Source: Candidatus Nanohaloarchaea archaeon (GTDB lineage Archaea > Nanohalarchaeota > Nanosalinia > Nanosalinales > Nanosalinaceae). From it: DNA of 15,708 bases. This document shows positions 8,492-15,657 of this stretch, one piece after another; within the stretch, counting starts at the first letter, position 1, and every line of letters begins with the position of its first letter. The stretch lies in contig JBDGSE010000040.1 of the NCBI GenBank assembly GCA_042217695.1, positions 1 to 15,708 on the forward strand, given 5' to 3'. The translations under genes were made by a program, and so were the position numbers. Under the pieces are notes generated by a model. It saw nothing but the letters and a program-made list of their open reading frames with translations. It did not search any database and was not told where the DNA came from.

Positions 8492-10249
8492 CTATCCCAG
8501 CTTCCAGTGAGGGTTCTTCTCGTCCTTTATCTCGACGATCTCCTCGAGAACGTTTTTTTCTCCCGCGCTGAGCAGGTCCTCCAGTTCCTGCAGCTGCCGG
8601 TACTCCTTTCCTGTCAGGTCGGTGAGGAGTACGTCGCCCTCCTCTATGTTCCTGCCGACCGTGGCGTCTTTGATGGAGGCCGCTACCTCCGCACCTTTCT
8701 CCGCACTGTCGATGCTCTCGTTCTGTTCCTGCACGCTCTTAACACGTCCGATTGTTTCTCCCTCGGGGTTCATCAACATGGAACCGGGGTTTAAAACACC
8801 GTCGAGGACCTCTACTCCGACTACCGCGGGATTCGAGCTCCGGAAGACGTGTTCAGGCATCAGCCTTATCTTTGCGGGACGGGAAACGGCTTCCAGCGCC
8901 ACTTTTCTCTGTTTTTCTTTCAGTTCGTTCTTCCATTCCTGGTAGCCGTCGATTATCTCGTATATCACGTCGCTTTCGAACAGTTCGATACCCTTGTCTT
9001 TTATCGCCCTCTCGCCCTGGTCGGTGGTACCCACGTTGAACGCGAAGACGGCCTGGTTCTCGGGTTCCTCGTTTTCGGTCTCTATCACGTCTCCCTTGGT
9101 GACGGGCCCGACCTCGGCCTTCTGGACAGGTATGTCCTCCTCTTTCACGGTGTTCATCAGTGCCTCCAGAGAGCCGAGGGAGTCGGCCTTCACGACTATC
9201 CCGTGTCTCCGGGTCTCGAAGCTTGCGGCCTGGAGTTCCTCCTCTATCTCCTGCCGTGCTTCCTCGAGATGCTCCTCGTCCGCCATCCTTACAGGTGCGC
9301 CTGCGATAACGCCTTCAAGGTCTTTCCCGGATATCTTTACACCGGAGGCGGGCCGGCATTCATCGACCTCCTGGTAGTGCCTGTCTGCGCGTATCTCGTG
9401 CAGGGCTCTTGGTTCGAGCAAAGCCCGTATCTCGGTGGTTTTTGCCCCTTCCGGGGTTCCGTAGACCAGTTTGTCGGTCTTCCTTATCACGCCGTCGTAG
9501 TGTATCACGTCTATCGTGGTCCCCAGGCCTTTCTCCTGTGTCACTTCGAGGACGGTGCCCTTCCCAATCCCTGTACCTGTCTCAAGCTCCTCGGAGAGGT
9601 AGCGCTGGGAGAGTCCGGTGACCACCATCAGAAGCTCTGGGACGCCTTCCCGTGTCTTCGCGGATATCGGTACTATCGCGACCTTTTTCTGGAAGTTGTC
9701 GACCCGGTCGAACCGGTCTGCTACTATATCGTACTCGTTCAGGTCACCCATCAGTTCGTATATCTCCTCGTCGAGTTTCTGCTGGACGTGGTCTGGCTGC
9801 TGTTTTATGGACTTCGAGAACAGTTCCTCGCCCGACTGCCATCCGGGTATACGGTCTATCTTGTTCAGCGCGACGATGAACGGAGTGTCCGATTCCTTCA
9901 GTATCTCTATGGCCTCCCGGGTCTGGGGCTGGACTCCTTCCTCGATATCTATCACCAGGATCGCGATATCGGCGATGGATCCGCCCCGTCTCCGCAGGGA
10001 AGAGAAGGCTGCGTGCCCAGGTGTATCTATGAAAAGCACGCCGGGTATAGTTATATCGGTCTCCAGCTGGTCCAGGAGTCCTCCACACACGTCCTCAAGC
10101 GTCTCAAGCGGGACCTCTGTGGCACCTATCATCTGTGTTATACCGCCGGCCTCCCCGCTGACGATCTTTGATTCCCTTATCTGGTCCAGGAGCGTGGTTT
10201 TCCCGCTATCGACATGTCCGAGTACGGAGAGAATAGGTTGACGGGGCAT
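8492..10249 (-). CDS. infB: Translation initiation factor IF-2 / aIF5B
   Basis: RQPI.SVLGHVDSGKTTLLD.IR, EAGGITQ.IGA, DTPGH, NKID, PISA, VKADSLGSLEAL, VFRSSNPAVVGVEVL.G; no intein. Alternative GTG start at 10258. Confidence 0.97.
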   Translation of the reverse strand: MPRQPILSVLGHVDSGKTTLLDQIRESKIVSGEAGGITQMIGATEVPLETLEDVCGGLLDQLETDITIPGVLFIDTPGHAAFSSLRRRGGSIADIAILVIDIEEGVQPQTREAIEILKESDTPFIVALNKIDRIPGWQSGEELFSKSIKQQPDHVQQKLDEEIYELMGDLNEYDIVADRFDRVDNFQKKVAIVPISAKTREGVPELLMVVTGLSQRYLSEELETGTGIGKGTVLEVTQEKGLGTTIDVIHYDGVIRKTDKLVYGTPEGAKTTEIRALLEPRALHEIRADRHYQEVDECRPASGVKISGKDLEGVIAGAPVRMADEEHLEEARQEIEEELQAASFETRRHGIVVKADSLGSLEALMNTVKEEDIPVQKAEVGPVTKGDVIETENEEPENQAVFAFNVGTTDQGERAIKDKGIELFESDVIYEIIDGYQEWKNELKEKQRKVALEAVSRPAKIRLMPEHVFRSSNPAVVGVEVLDGVLNPGSMLMNPEGETIGRVKSVQEQNESIDSAEKGAEVAASIKDATVGRNIEEGDVLLTDLTGKEYRQLQELEDLLSAGEKNVLEEIVEIKDEKNPHWKLG

Positions 10250-10308
10250 GGAGACCACTTATAGCTAGGTCTAACGCTGATTTTTATAAACACTAGAGCC
10301 GGTTACCG

Positions 10309-11535
10309 CTATCTCCGCTTTTTGATCTCTTTCCTGTACACCTCAAGGCTCTCCTTCGGCTCTCTTTCAAACGTCTCGAGGTCCACGTCGATAAGCCCGT
10401 AGCGGGGCCACACACCCAGGTTCCACTCCCAGATGTCCAGTAGAGAAGTGTGGTAGTAAGCGTCGATCTCTACGCCGTTGTCCCGGGCAGAGTCAACCGC
10501 CTCCAGTATCTCGGGTATGTATTCCCGCCTTTTCTCGTCGCTGCGGTCCGGCAACCCGTTCTCCGTGACTTTCAGAGGTGTATCGTAACGGCTGTAAACG
10601 CGTTCCAGTGTCCTGCGCAGGCTTTCGCCCGAGGAGAGGTTGTCTCGCTCGCAGGAGTAGGCGTCCTCGTCGCTGGAGCCCGGCCCGATGTCCCACTTCT
10701 TGTAGTAGTCGACGCCGATGAAGTCCAGTCTGTCTTCTATACTGTCGAGGAAAAGTTCGTATTCGAGTTTTCTGCCCGCGGCGGCGATCAAACGGTTCAC
10801 CGGGTTTATCCCGAGGGGGTTCCAGTCGGTCACGAACATGCTTGCGCCGACCTCTTCTGCGCTGTTCTCCTTCAGGTAGTTGTAGGCCCGGCGGTGTGCT
10901 TCCGCCATGTTCTTCGCCGCTTTCAGGGCCTTTAAAGGGCTGAAAACGTTTCCCGGGGGGAAGTAGTTGTACCTCTCTGTTCGAAAGTAGGCGTGCCAGA
11001 GCCAGGTCGTGGCCTCGTTTATCGTGACCCAGCGTTTTACCCTGTGGCCGAACTCTTCCTCGAGTTTCTTCACGAAACGCATGAAGTCCTCGACCGCCTC
11101 TTCCTGGTGCCAGAAACCCTTGTCGGCGAACCATTCCGGCTGTGTGAAGTGCCAGACTGTTAGAAGCGGTTCAAGACCGTTCTCCTCCATCGCATCGAGA
11201 ACCCGGTGGTAGTGTTCTATCTCCTCCTGGTCGAAGACGCCTTCCTCAGGTTCTATACGGCTCCAGGAGAAAGAGAGCCTTACCGCTTCGAGGCCGTGTT
11301 CTGCGGCTAACTCGAAGTCCCTGGGGAAAAAGTTGTAGTGGTCAACGGCTCTACCGGATTCGTACGTTTCCGGTGATTCCAGCCGTTCCCGTAGTTCGTT
11401 CCAGGCGTCGAGTTCTCCGATGTAGGATTCGGCGTTCTCCGCCAGCCATTCAGAAACCTGTTCCTCGTGGCGGGTCCAGTCGTTTTCCAGTCCGCCTTCA
11501 ACGTGGTGGGCCGCGATGAAAGCGCCGAATCTCAT
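10309..11535 (-). CDS. Glycoside hydrolase family 1 (beta-glycosidase-like)
   Basis: R.SFSWSRIEP, TVWHFTQPEWF, acid/base W.TINEA, DFIGVDYY, nucleophile VTENG, SLLD.WEW..G...RYGL. Confidence 0.93.
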   Translation of the reverse strand: MRFGAFIAAHHVEGGLENDWTRHEEQVSEWLAENAESYIGELDAWNELRERLESPETYESGRAVDHYNFFPRDFELAAEHGLEAVRLSFSWSRIEPEEGVFDQEEIEHYHRVLDAMEENGLEPLLTVWHFTQPEWFADKGFWHQEEAVEDFMRFVKKLEEEFGHRVKRWVTINEATTWLWHAYFRTERYNYFPPGNVFSPLKALKAAKNMAEAHRRAYNYLKENSAEEVGASMFVTDWNPLGINPVNRLIAAAGRKLEYELFLDSIEDRLDFIGVDYYKKWDIGPGSSDEDAYSCERDNLSSGESLRRTLERVYSRYDTPLKVTENGLPDRSDEKRREYIPEILEAVDSARDNGVEIDAYYHTSLLDIWEWNLGVWPRYGLIDVDLETFEREPKESLEVYRKEIKKRR

Positions 11536-11541
11536 GCTCTG

Positions 11542-11691
11542 TTACTTCTCGGGGTAGCTGTGGCTCCGGTCGTTGGCGTAGTTCTTCTCGCACTTGCCGG
11601 AGCAGAAGAAAAGCCTTTCGCCAGTGTTCAGCACTCGCATCTTGCCCTCGGTCTTCGGCACTTCGTCGCCGCAGTAGTCGCATTCAACCAT
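11542..11691 (-). CDS. rpl24e: 50S ribosomal protein L24e (eL24), 49 aa
   Basis: Hand translation: [49 protein letters not shown]. CxxCG...G.M.V...G....FCS.KC zinc motif; AGGTGAT SD upstream; expected synteny. Confidence 0.92.
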   Translation of the reverse strand: MVECDYCGDEVPKTEGKMRVLNTGERLFFCSGKCEKNYANDRSHSYPEK

Positions 11692-11754
11692 CTACGGCAT
11701 CACCTGTCCTGCTGAGGTCTTCCTCGAGAAGATCCGTGAAGTTTTCATTTTCGA

Positions 11755-11931
11755 TCAACCTTCCATCTCGGTTTCTTTGATGTGCACGACGTCATCTTCC
11801 CGGACCGGACCCCTAACGTTTCTTACAAGGATCTTGCCTTCCTCGCTGCCCTCTATAACCCGGCAGCGGACCTTTCTTACTCCTCGATGGCCCTGGTCTC
11901 CGATGACCTCGATGATTTTAGCCATTACCAT
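11755..11931 (-). CDS. rps28e: 30S ribosomal protein S28e (eS28), 58 aa
   Basis: Hand translation: MVMAKIIEVIGDQGHRGVRKVRCRVIEGSEEGKILVRNVRGPVREDDVVHIKETEMEG*. RNV.GPVR..D signature. Confidence 0.93.
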   Translation of the reverse strand: MVMAKIIEVIGDQGHRGVRKVRCRVIEGSEEGKILVRNVRGPVREDDVVHIKETEMEG

Positions 11932-11949
11932 TGTTTGATGCCCCCGTCT

Positions 11950-12327
11950 TTACTCTTCCTCGTCTTTCTCGAGCAGTTCCTCGGCCTTCTCGGCGATTTC
12001 CTTCACGTCTTCCTCGGCGTTGCCGTAGTCCGTCACTGCTACCGCGGCGGACTGTACCTCAAGTCCGGCGGCCAGACCCAGTTCCTCCTTGTCCGGGACA
12101 AAGGTGTAGGAGATGTCTCTCTCGTCCGCGAGCGCGGGCAGATGCATCACGATCTCCTCCGGGGAAACGTTGCCGGCGATGACAACAAGCTTGGCCTCGT
12201 TTCTCTCGATGGCCTTTGTTACCTCGTTGGTTCCCACCGCGACGTTGCCGGTGTCCCTGGAGTTTTCTACTGCGTTGTAGGTTTGTTCTGCGAGCGATTC
12301 ACTTGGTTCGAATTTTTGGTATGCCAT
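11950..12327 (-). CDS. rpl7ae: Ribosomal / K-turn-binding protein L7Ae
   Basis: GTNEVTKAIERNEAKLVVIA.NVSPEEIVMHLP.L..E..I.Y.FVP.KEELG.AAGLEV. Confidence 0.97.
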   Translation of the reverse strand: MAYQKFEPSESLAEQTYNAVENSRDTGNVAVGTNEVTKAIERNEAKLVVIAGNVSPEEIVMHLPALADERDISYTFVPDKEELGLAAGLEVQSAAVAVTDYGNAEEDVKEIAEKAEELLEKDEEE

Positions 12328-12333
12328 TTGTTT

Positions 12334-12361
12334 GCACCTCTCGATTGATTCATCAAGGTGC
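12334..12361 (-). promoter_or_regulatory. K-loop (kink-turn) hairpin in the rpl7ae 5' UTR enclosing the Shine-Dalgarno
   Basis: mRNA: GCACCUU-GAU-GA-AUCAAUC-GA-GAGGUGC = 7-bp stem, 3-nt bulge, tandem G.A/A.G, 7-nt loop; the 3' strand is the SD GAGGUG, 7 nt before AUG. Confidence 0.8.
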
Positions 12362-12401
12362 CCGACGACTGCGTCGAGCTATTAGTGGTTACAGAAAAGA
12401 A

Positions 12402-12412
12402 CTTTTTTATAT
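12402..12412 (-). promoter_or_regulatory. TATA box of the rpl7ae operon
   Basis: ATATAAAAAAG on the minus strand; implies a TSS near 12380-12385 and a ~55-nt leader. Confidence 0.6.
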
Positions 12413-12418
12413 GGGAGG

Positions 12419-12646
12419 TCACTGCTGTTCCGGGTCGAACTCGGCGAGCTTCTCCGATTCTATCCAGTCCAGTTCCTCCCCCAGTTCACGGATAACCATG
12501 TTGAGGTCGTGTTTCTGCCGCGAGGTCTCCGCGGGGAAATCCTCCAGTTCGGCGGTTAACCGGTCTATCAGGAATCTTACCAGTTCCTGGTCGGAGTTCG
12601 CGTCTCTGTACTCCTCCAGAACTTCTATAATCTCGTCTTTTTCCAT
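12419..12646 (-). CDS. Small acidic helical hypothetical protein, 75 aa
   Basis: GGTGA SD upstream; D/E-rich; 24 nt downstream of the 227-aa gene, probably co-transcribed. Confidence 0.75.
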   Translation of the reverse strand: MEKDEIIEVLEEYRDANSDQELVRFLIDRLTAELEDFPAETSRQKHDLNMVIRELGEELDWIESEKLAEFDPEQQ

Positions 12647-12670
12647 GGTGTATTCACCGGTCCGAACTCT

Positions 12671-13354
12671 TTAATCCTCGTGGGAGAGAACTATGTCCTC
12701 GACTTCAGCCCTTCTGCGTCCGAAGTCCTGAAGTATCTGCTGGGCCTCCTCCGCGGTCTGACTGTCTTCCTCTGCGCCGGCCTGGAGGTGGTCCACCACG
12801 TCTTCGATCTCCTGGGTGAGGTATCTCATCTCCTCCAGACGGTCCTGAAGACCTTCGAACCGCTCTACCGTGAGGAAAACTGTCTCTCCCGACGTCTCTG
12901 TCTCGGTGTCCTCTTCTTCCTCGATGTCTGGCAGCGATTCCTGCAGGTCTTCCGCGGTTACCTCTGTACCTCCGGATCTCCGGGACTGTTCTCCAGGTAC
13001 TTCAAGTTCTTCCTGTCCTGGCCCTGTACCCTGCCCGGCGGTCTCCTGTGAGCCGGGGGTCTGCTGTTCCTGCTGGAACGGGTTCTGCCCGGTTGTCTCC
13101 TGTGAGCCCGGCGCCTGTTGGCCTTCCTGTTGCGGCTGCCCGCCGATCTGGTCGAACCCTTCTTCCTGGTTGTCGGCCGGCTGGGAGAAGTCCGGTTCCT
13201 GCGGGCCCTGTTCCGGTTCAGGTTCGGGAGCCGGCTGGTCTGGCTGTCCTCCCTGTGGCTGTCCGCGGGCATCTCCACCCTCGTTTATGAGCCTCTTGAT
13301 TTCCTCCATGTTCTCTCTCAGTTTATTCTTGTCGTCGTCGCCGAAGTCGAACAT
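12671..13354 (-). CDS. Hypothetical protein, 227 aa: short N-terminal helix, Q/P/G/E low-complexity linker, C-terminal coiled coil
   Basis: Start reassigned to ATG 13354 (MFDFGDDD...), with AATATTTAAA at TATA distance (~13382-13392). The track's N-terminal extension overlaps dinB out of frame. Confidence 0.82.
   Translation of the reverse strand: MFDFGDDDKNKLRENMEEIKRLINEGGDARGQPQGGQPDQPAPEPEPEQGPQEPDFSQPADNQEEGFDQIGGQPQQEGQQAPGSQETTGQNPFQQEQQTPGSQETAGQGTGPGQEELEVPGEQSRRSGGTEVTAEDLQESLPDIEEEEDTETETSGETVFLTVERFEGLQDRLEEMRYLTQEIEDVVDHLQAGAEEDSQTAEEAQQILQDFGRRRAEVEDIVLSHED
13031..13120. repeat. Intragenic direct repeat, 2 x 36 nt at 54-nt period
   Basis: 13031-13066 vs 13085-13120 match at 30/36; they encode QQTPGSQETAGQ and QQAPGSQETTGQ. 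Confidence 0.8.
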
Positions 13355-13395
13355 CCTATAGAAAGACTGTTTCCGGACCGGTTTAAATATTTGGT

Positions 13396-14436
13396 TTAAC
13401 GGAATCTCTGTAGCGATTTCTGTTTTTTCCTGTCCACAAGATCCGATACCCTGGCCCCGACTCGCCGCAGTTCCCTGCTGTGCCCGGCGAGGAAGTCCTC
13501 CATGAGCCGGGTGGCGTTGTCCATGAGGACTGCCTCTGACTCCGAGGTGTCCACACTCCTGCTCCGGGTGAAAGTGTCCAGTTCCGAGTCTATGGCGATG
13601 AAAGTGACTGTCCGGAAGGCTTTCTCTCCGGAGATACGCTGCATGAGGTCCTCCACGGCTTTTTTCAGTTCCCTCCTGACGAATTCGGGGTCGGAGGAGT
13701 TCCGGCTCATGGTCCTTATCCGGGAGGCCTGTTTTCTCTCCGATTTCTCGAACTCCTTTGGGCCTGCGCCTATCGATTTCTGTTTCAGGTCCGCGGCCCG
13801 GTTCTTTCCAAACTTCTCGACGAGTTTCATATTGTTTGATTCCCGCAGATCCCTGCATGTCTCGATGCCGATATCCTCCAGTTTCCGGGTCGTAGCGTCC
13901 CCTATACCGGGTACCTCTGATACATCCTTCCCGGCCATGAAATCCCTGGTGTCCTCCGGCGGTATGAACGTGAATCCGTCGGGTTTGTCCTCCTCGGACG
14001 CCATCTTCGCCACGAGACGGTTCGCACCCATTCCTATGGACGCGGTTAGTCCAAGCTCTCTCACCTCGGAGCGTATCTCCTCCGCTTTTTGCGGGTTTTC
14101 CAGCCTGAAAAAGGCCTCGTCTATACTTGTCTGGTAGGTCTCGCCGGCATGTCTTTCCAGGATTTCCATTACCTGGGAGGACTTGTGCCTGTAATAGGCG
14201 TGGTCGGTCTCCAGGAATACGGTGTCTTCAGGGGCTTTGCTCCGTGCCTCTGCTACCGACATCCCTGAGCCAATACCGTGTTCACGTGCCTGGTAGTTGG
14301 AGGTGGATACCGCACCTGAATGCTCGTTCCGGGTGTAGACGCAGACCACCACCGGTCTCCCCTTCAACTCGGGGCGTCTCAGGGTCTCGGCTTTCGCGAA
14401 GAACGCGTCCAGATCGAGGTGGCCGATGTAACTCAT
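13396..14436 (-). CDS. dinB: Y-family DNA polymerase IV (DinB/Dpo4)
   Basis: HLDLDAFFA, P.LKGRPVVV, STSNY.AR..GI.SGM, SIDEAF, AKMAS...KPDG, VPGIG, RRVG.RVS; PIP-like tail QKSLQRF. Start reassigned to ATG 14436. Confidence 0.95.
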   Translation of the reverse strand: MSYIGHLDLDAFFAKAETLRRPELKGRPVVVCVYTRNEHSGAVSTSNYQAREHGIGSGMSVAEARSKAPEDTVFLETDHAYYRHKSSQVMEILERHAGETYQTSIDEAFFRLENPQKAEEIRSEVRELGLTASIGMGANRLVAKMASEEDKPDGFTFIPPEDTRDFMAGKDVSEVPGIGDATTRKLEDIGIETCRDLRESNNMKLVEKFGKNRAADLKQKSIGAGPKEFEKSERKQASRIRTMSRNSSDPEFVRRELKKAVEDLMQRISGEKAFRTVTFIAIDSELDTFTRSRSVDTSESEAVLMDNATRLMEDFLAGHSRELRRVGARVSDLVDRKKQKSLQRFR

Positions 14437-14485
14437 GTGGAACTCTGGAGGGCAGGAGTTGAAAACACGAACCGGGTCTGTTCCA

Positions 14486-15016
14486 CTAGTTCCGGAACTT
14501 TTCGGCGTGTTCAACCGAGCGCGACACAAACTTTTCGAGGCGGTCCCTGTATCCATCGTCCACTAGATCTCCGGAATCGAATTTGTCATCCACGTTCGGT
14601 GTAGGAAGGCTGGGACCGGGCCATCCTCCAAGAGTCAGTGTTATCTCGTTCAGGTGTTCCTGTGCCCGGACACCACCGAAGTCTCCTCCGGAAACAGTTA
14701 CATAGCAGAAAGGTTTGTCGCTGTACTCTTTCCTGAGATGGTCCAGCGCATTCTTCAGGACGCCCGGGATGCTGTGGTTGTACTCCGGTGTCACTATCGC
14801 GAGTATGTCCGTGTCCTCGACCAGTTGACCCCATTCCTCGACCTTCTCGTCCCCTGATTCACGTCGACGGTTCTCCAGGAACGGCAGCTCCCTCTCTTTC
14901 AGGTCGTAGAAAACGGTTTCGTGGCCCTGGCGTTCCACCTCGTCTCTTAATGCCTCTGCCACTGACACGGTCTTCCGTCCTTCCCTGACGGTTCCAATGA
15001 TTATGAGGAATTCCAT
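14486..15016 (-). CDS. NAD(P)H-dependent FMN reductase (flavodoxin-like fold)
   Basis: I.GTVREGRKT, TPEYNHSIPGVLKNALD, VSGG.FGG.RA..HL; 4 nt downstream of the rps2 stop. Confidence 0.9.
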   Translation of the reverse strand: MEFLIIIGTVREGRKTVSVAEALRDEVERQGHETVFYDLKERELPFLENRRRESGDEKVEEWGQLVEDTDILAIVTPEYNHSIPGVLKNALDHLRKEYSDKPFCYVTVSGGDFGGVRAQEHLNEITLTLGGWPGPSLPTPNVDDKFDSGDLVDDGYRDRLEKFVSRSVEHAEKFRN

Positions 15017-15020
15017 CTGG

Positions 15021-15626
15021 TTACTCTTCGTCTTCTGGTTCCGCGGGGAGGAAGTCGTTCTTCTCTAGAGTCATCTCTTCGCCTCTCTCCTCCTTCAGTT
15101 CGCGGGCGATCAGGAAGTAGACCAGTCCCAGGGCGTTCTCTGCCTTGTTGTTGGCGGGAACGGCCAGATCGATGTTCTCCAGGCTGTTCTCCGAGTCCAC
15201 TATCGCAACTACAGGTATCTGTGTGTCAAGTGCTTCCTGGACTGCCTGGGCATCTTCTTCGGGGTCGGAGACGAAGACCACTTCTGGCTCAACAAAGCTG
15301 TCGGACTGTGGGTTGGTCAGGGTGCCTGGCATGAAACGCCCTATAACGCTCTTTGTGCCGATTTCCTCCGAGAACTTCCTGGCAGGGTTCCTCGCCCCGT
15401 CTTTTCGCCCCACAACCAGTATCTCTTCAGGTTCGTAACGGGAGAGAAACTTTGCCGCCTTTCTTATCCGTTCGTCGGTCTGGTCGAGGTCAAGGATCGC
15501 CAGCTGGTTTTTCTTTACATGGAAAATGTACTTGTCCATCGATTTGTTCGTGGACTTGGTTCCGATGTGAACCCCGTTGCTAAGGTATTCATCGCGATCA
15601 ACTAACATTTCGTCCTCGTCGCTCAT
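15021..15626 (-). CDS. rps2: 30S ribosomal protein S2 (uS2, archaeal type)
   Basis: YL..GVHIGTK, M.KYIF, T.ERI..AAKFL, GRF.PGTLTNP, EP.V.FV.DP..D.QAV.EA, P.NNK. Confidence 0.97.
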   Translation of the reverse strand: MSDEDEMLVDRDEYLSNGVHIGTKSTNKSMDKYIFHVKKNQLAILDLDQTDERIRKAAKFLSRYEPEEILVVGRKDGARNPARKFSEEIGTKSVIGRFMPGTLTNPQSDSFVEPEVVFVSDPEEDAQAVQEALDTQIPVVAIVDSENSLENIDLAVPANNKAENALGLVYFLIARELKEERGEEMTLEKNDFLPAEPEDEE

Positions 15627-15632
15627 ACTCCG

Positions 15633-15657
15633 CTATTTAAAGACAAATATTAAATAG
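15633..15657. promoter_or_regulatory. AT-rich inverted repeat overlapping the rps2 TATA box
   Basis: CTATTTAA-N9-TTAAATAG; the minus-strand TATTTAATAT lies ~21-30 nt upstream of the rps2 ATG. Confidence 0.5.

Noticed and set aside
8849..10241. 440-aa and 207-aa plus-strand ORFs
   Set aside because: Antisense to infB; expected from GC-rich, acidic codon bias; no motifs and composition unlike the proteome.
1..10258. Inteins in SufB, XPD or IF-2 (known intein hosts)
   Set aside because: Motif spacing is normal and no insertion with Cys/Ser...His-Asn ends is visible.
11735..11765. Possible second K-loop at the rps28e stop (AGGUU-GAUC-GA-AAAU-GA-A-AACUU)
   Set aside because: Weak stem, 4-nt bulge and an extra A break the consensus.
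13355..13858. N-terminal 168 aa of the 395-aa track ORF
   Set aside because: Overlaps dinB out of frame and is Arg-rich; a TATA box precedes ATG 13354.
14437..14556. N-terminal extension of DinB in the track
   Set aside because: Overlaps the FMN reductase; the family's first motif begins right after ATG 14436.
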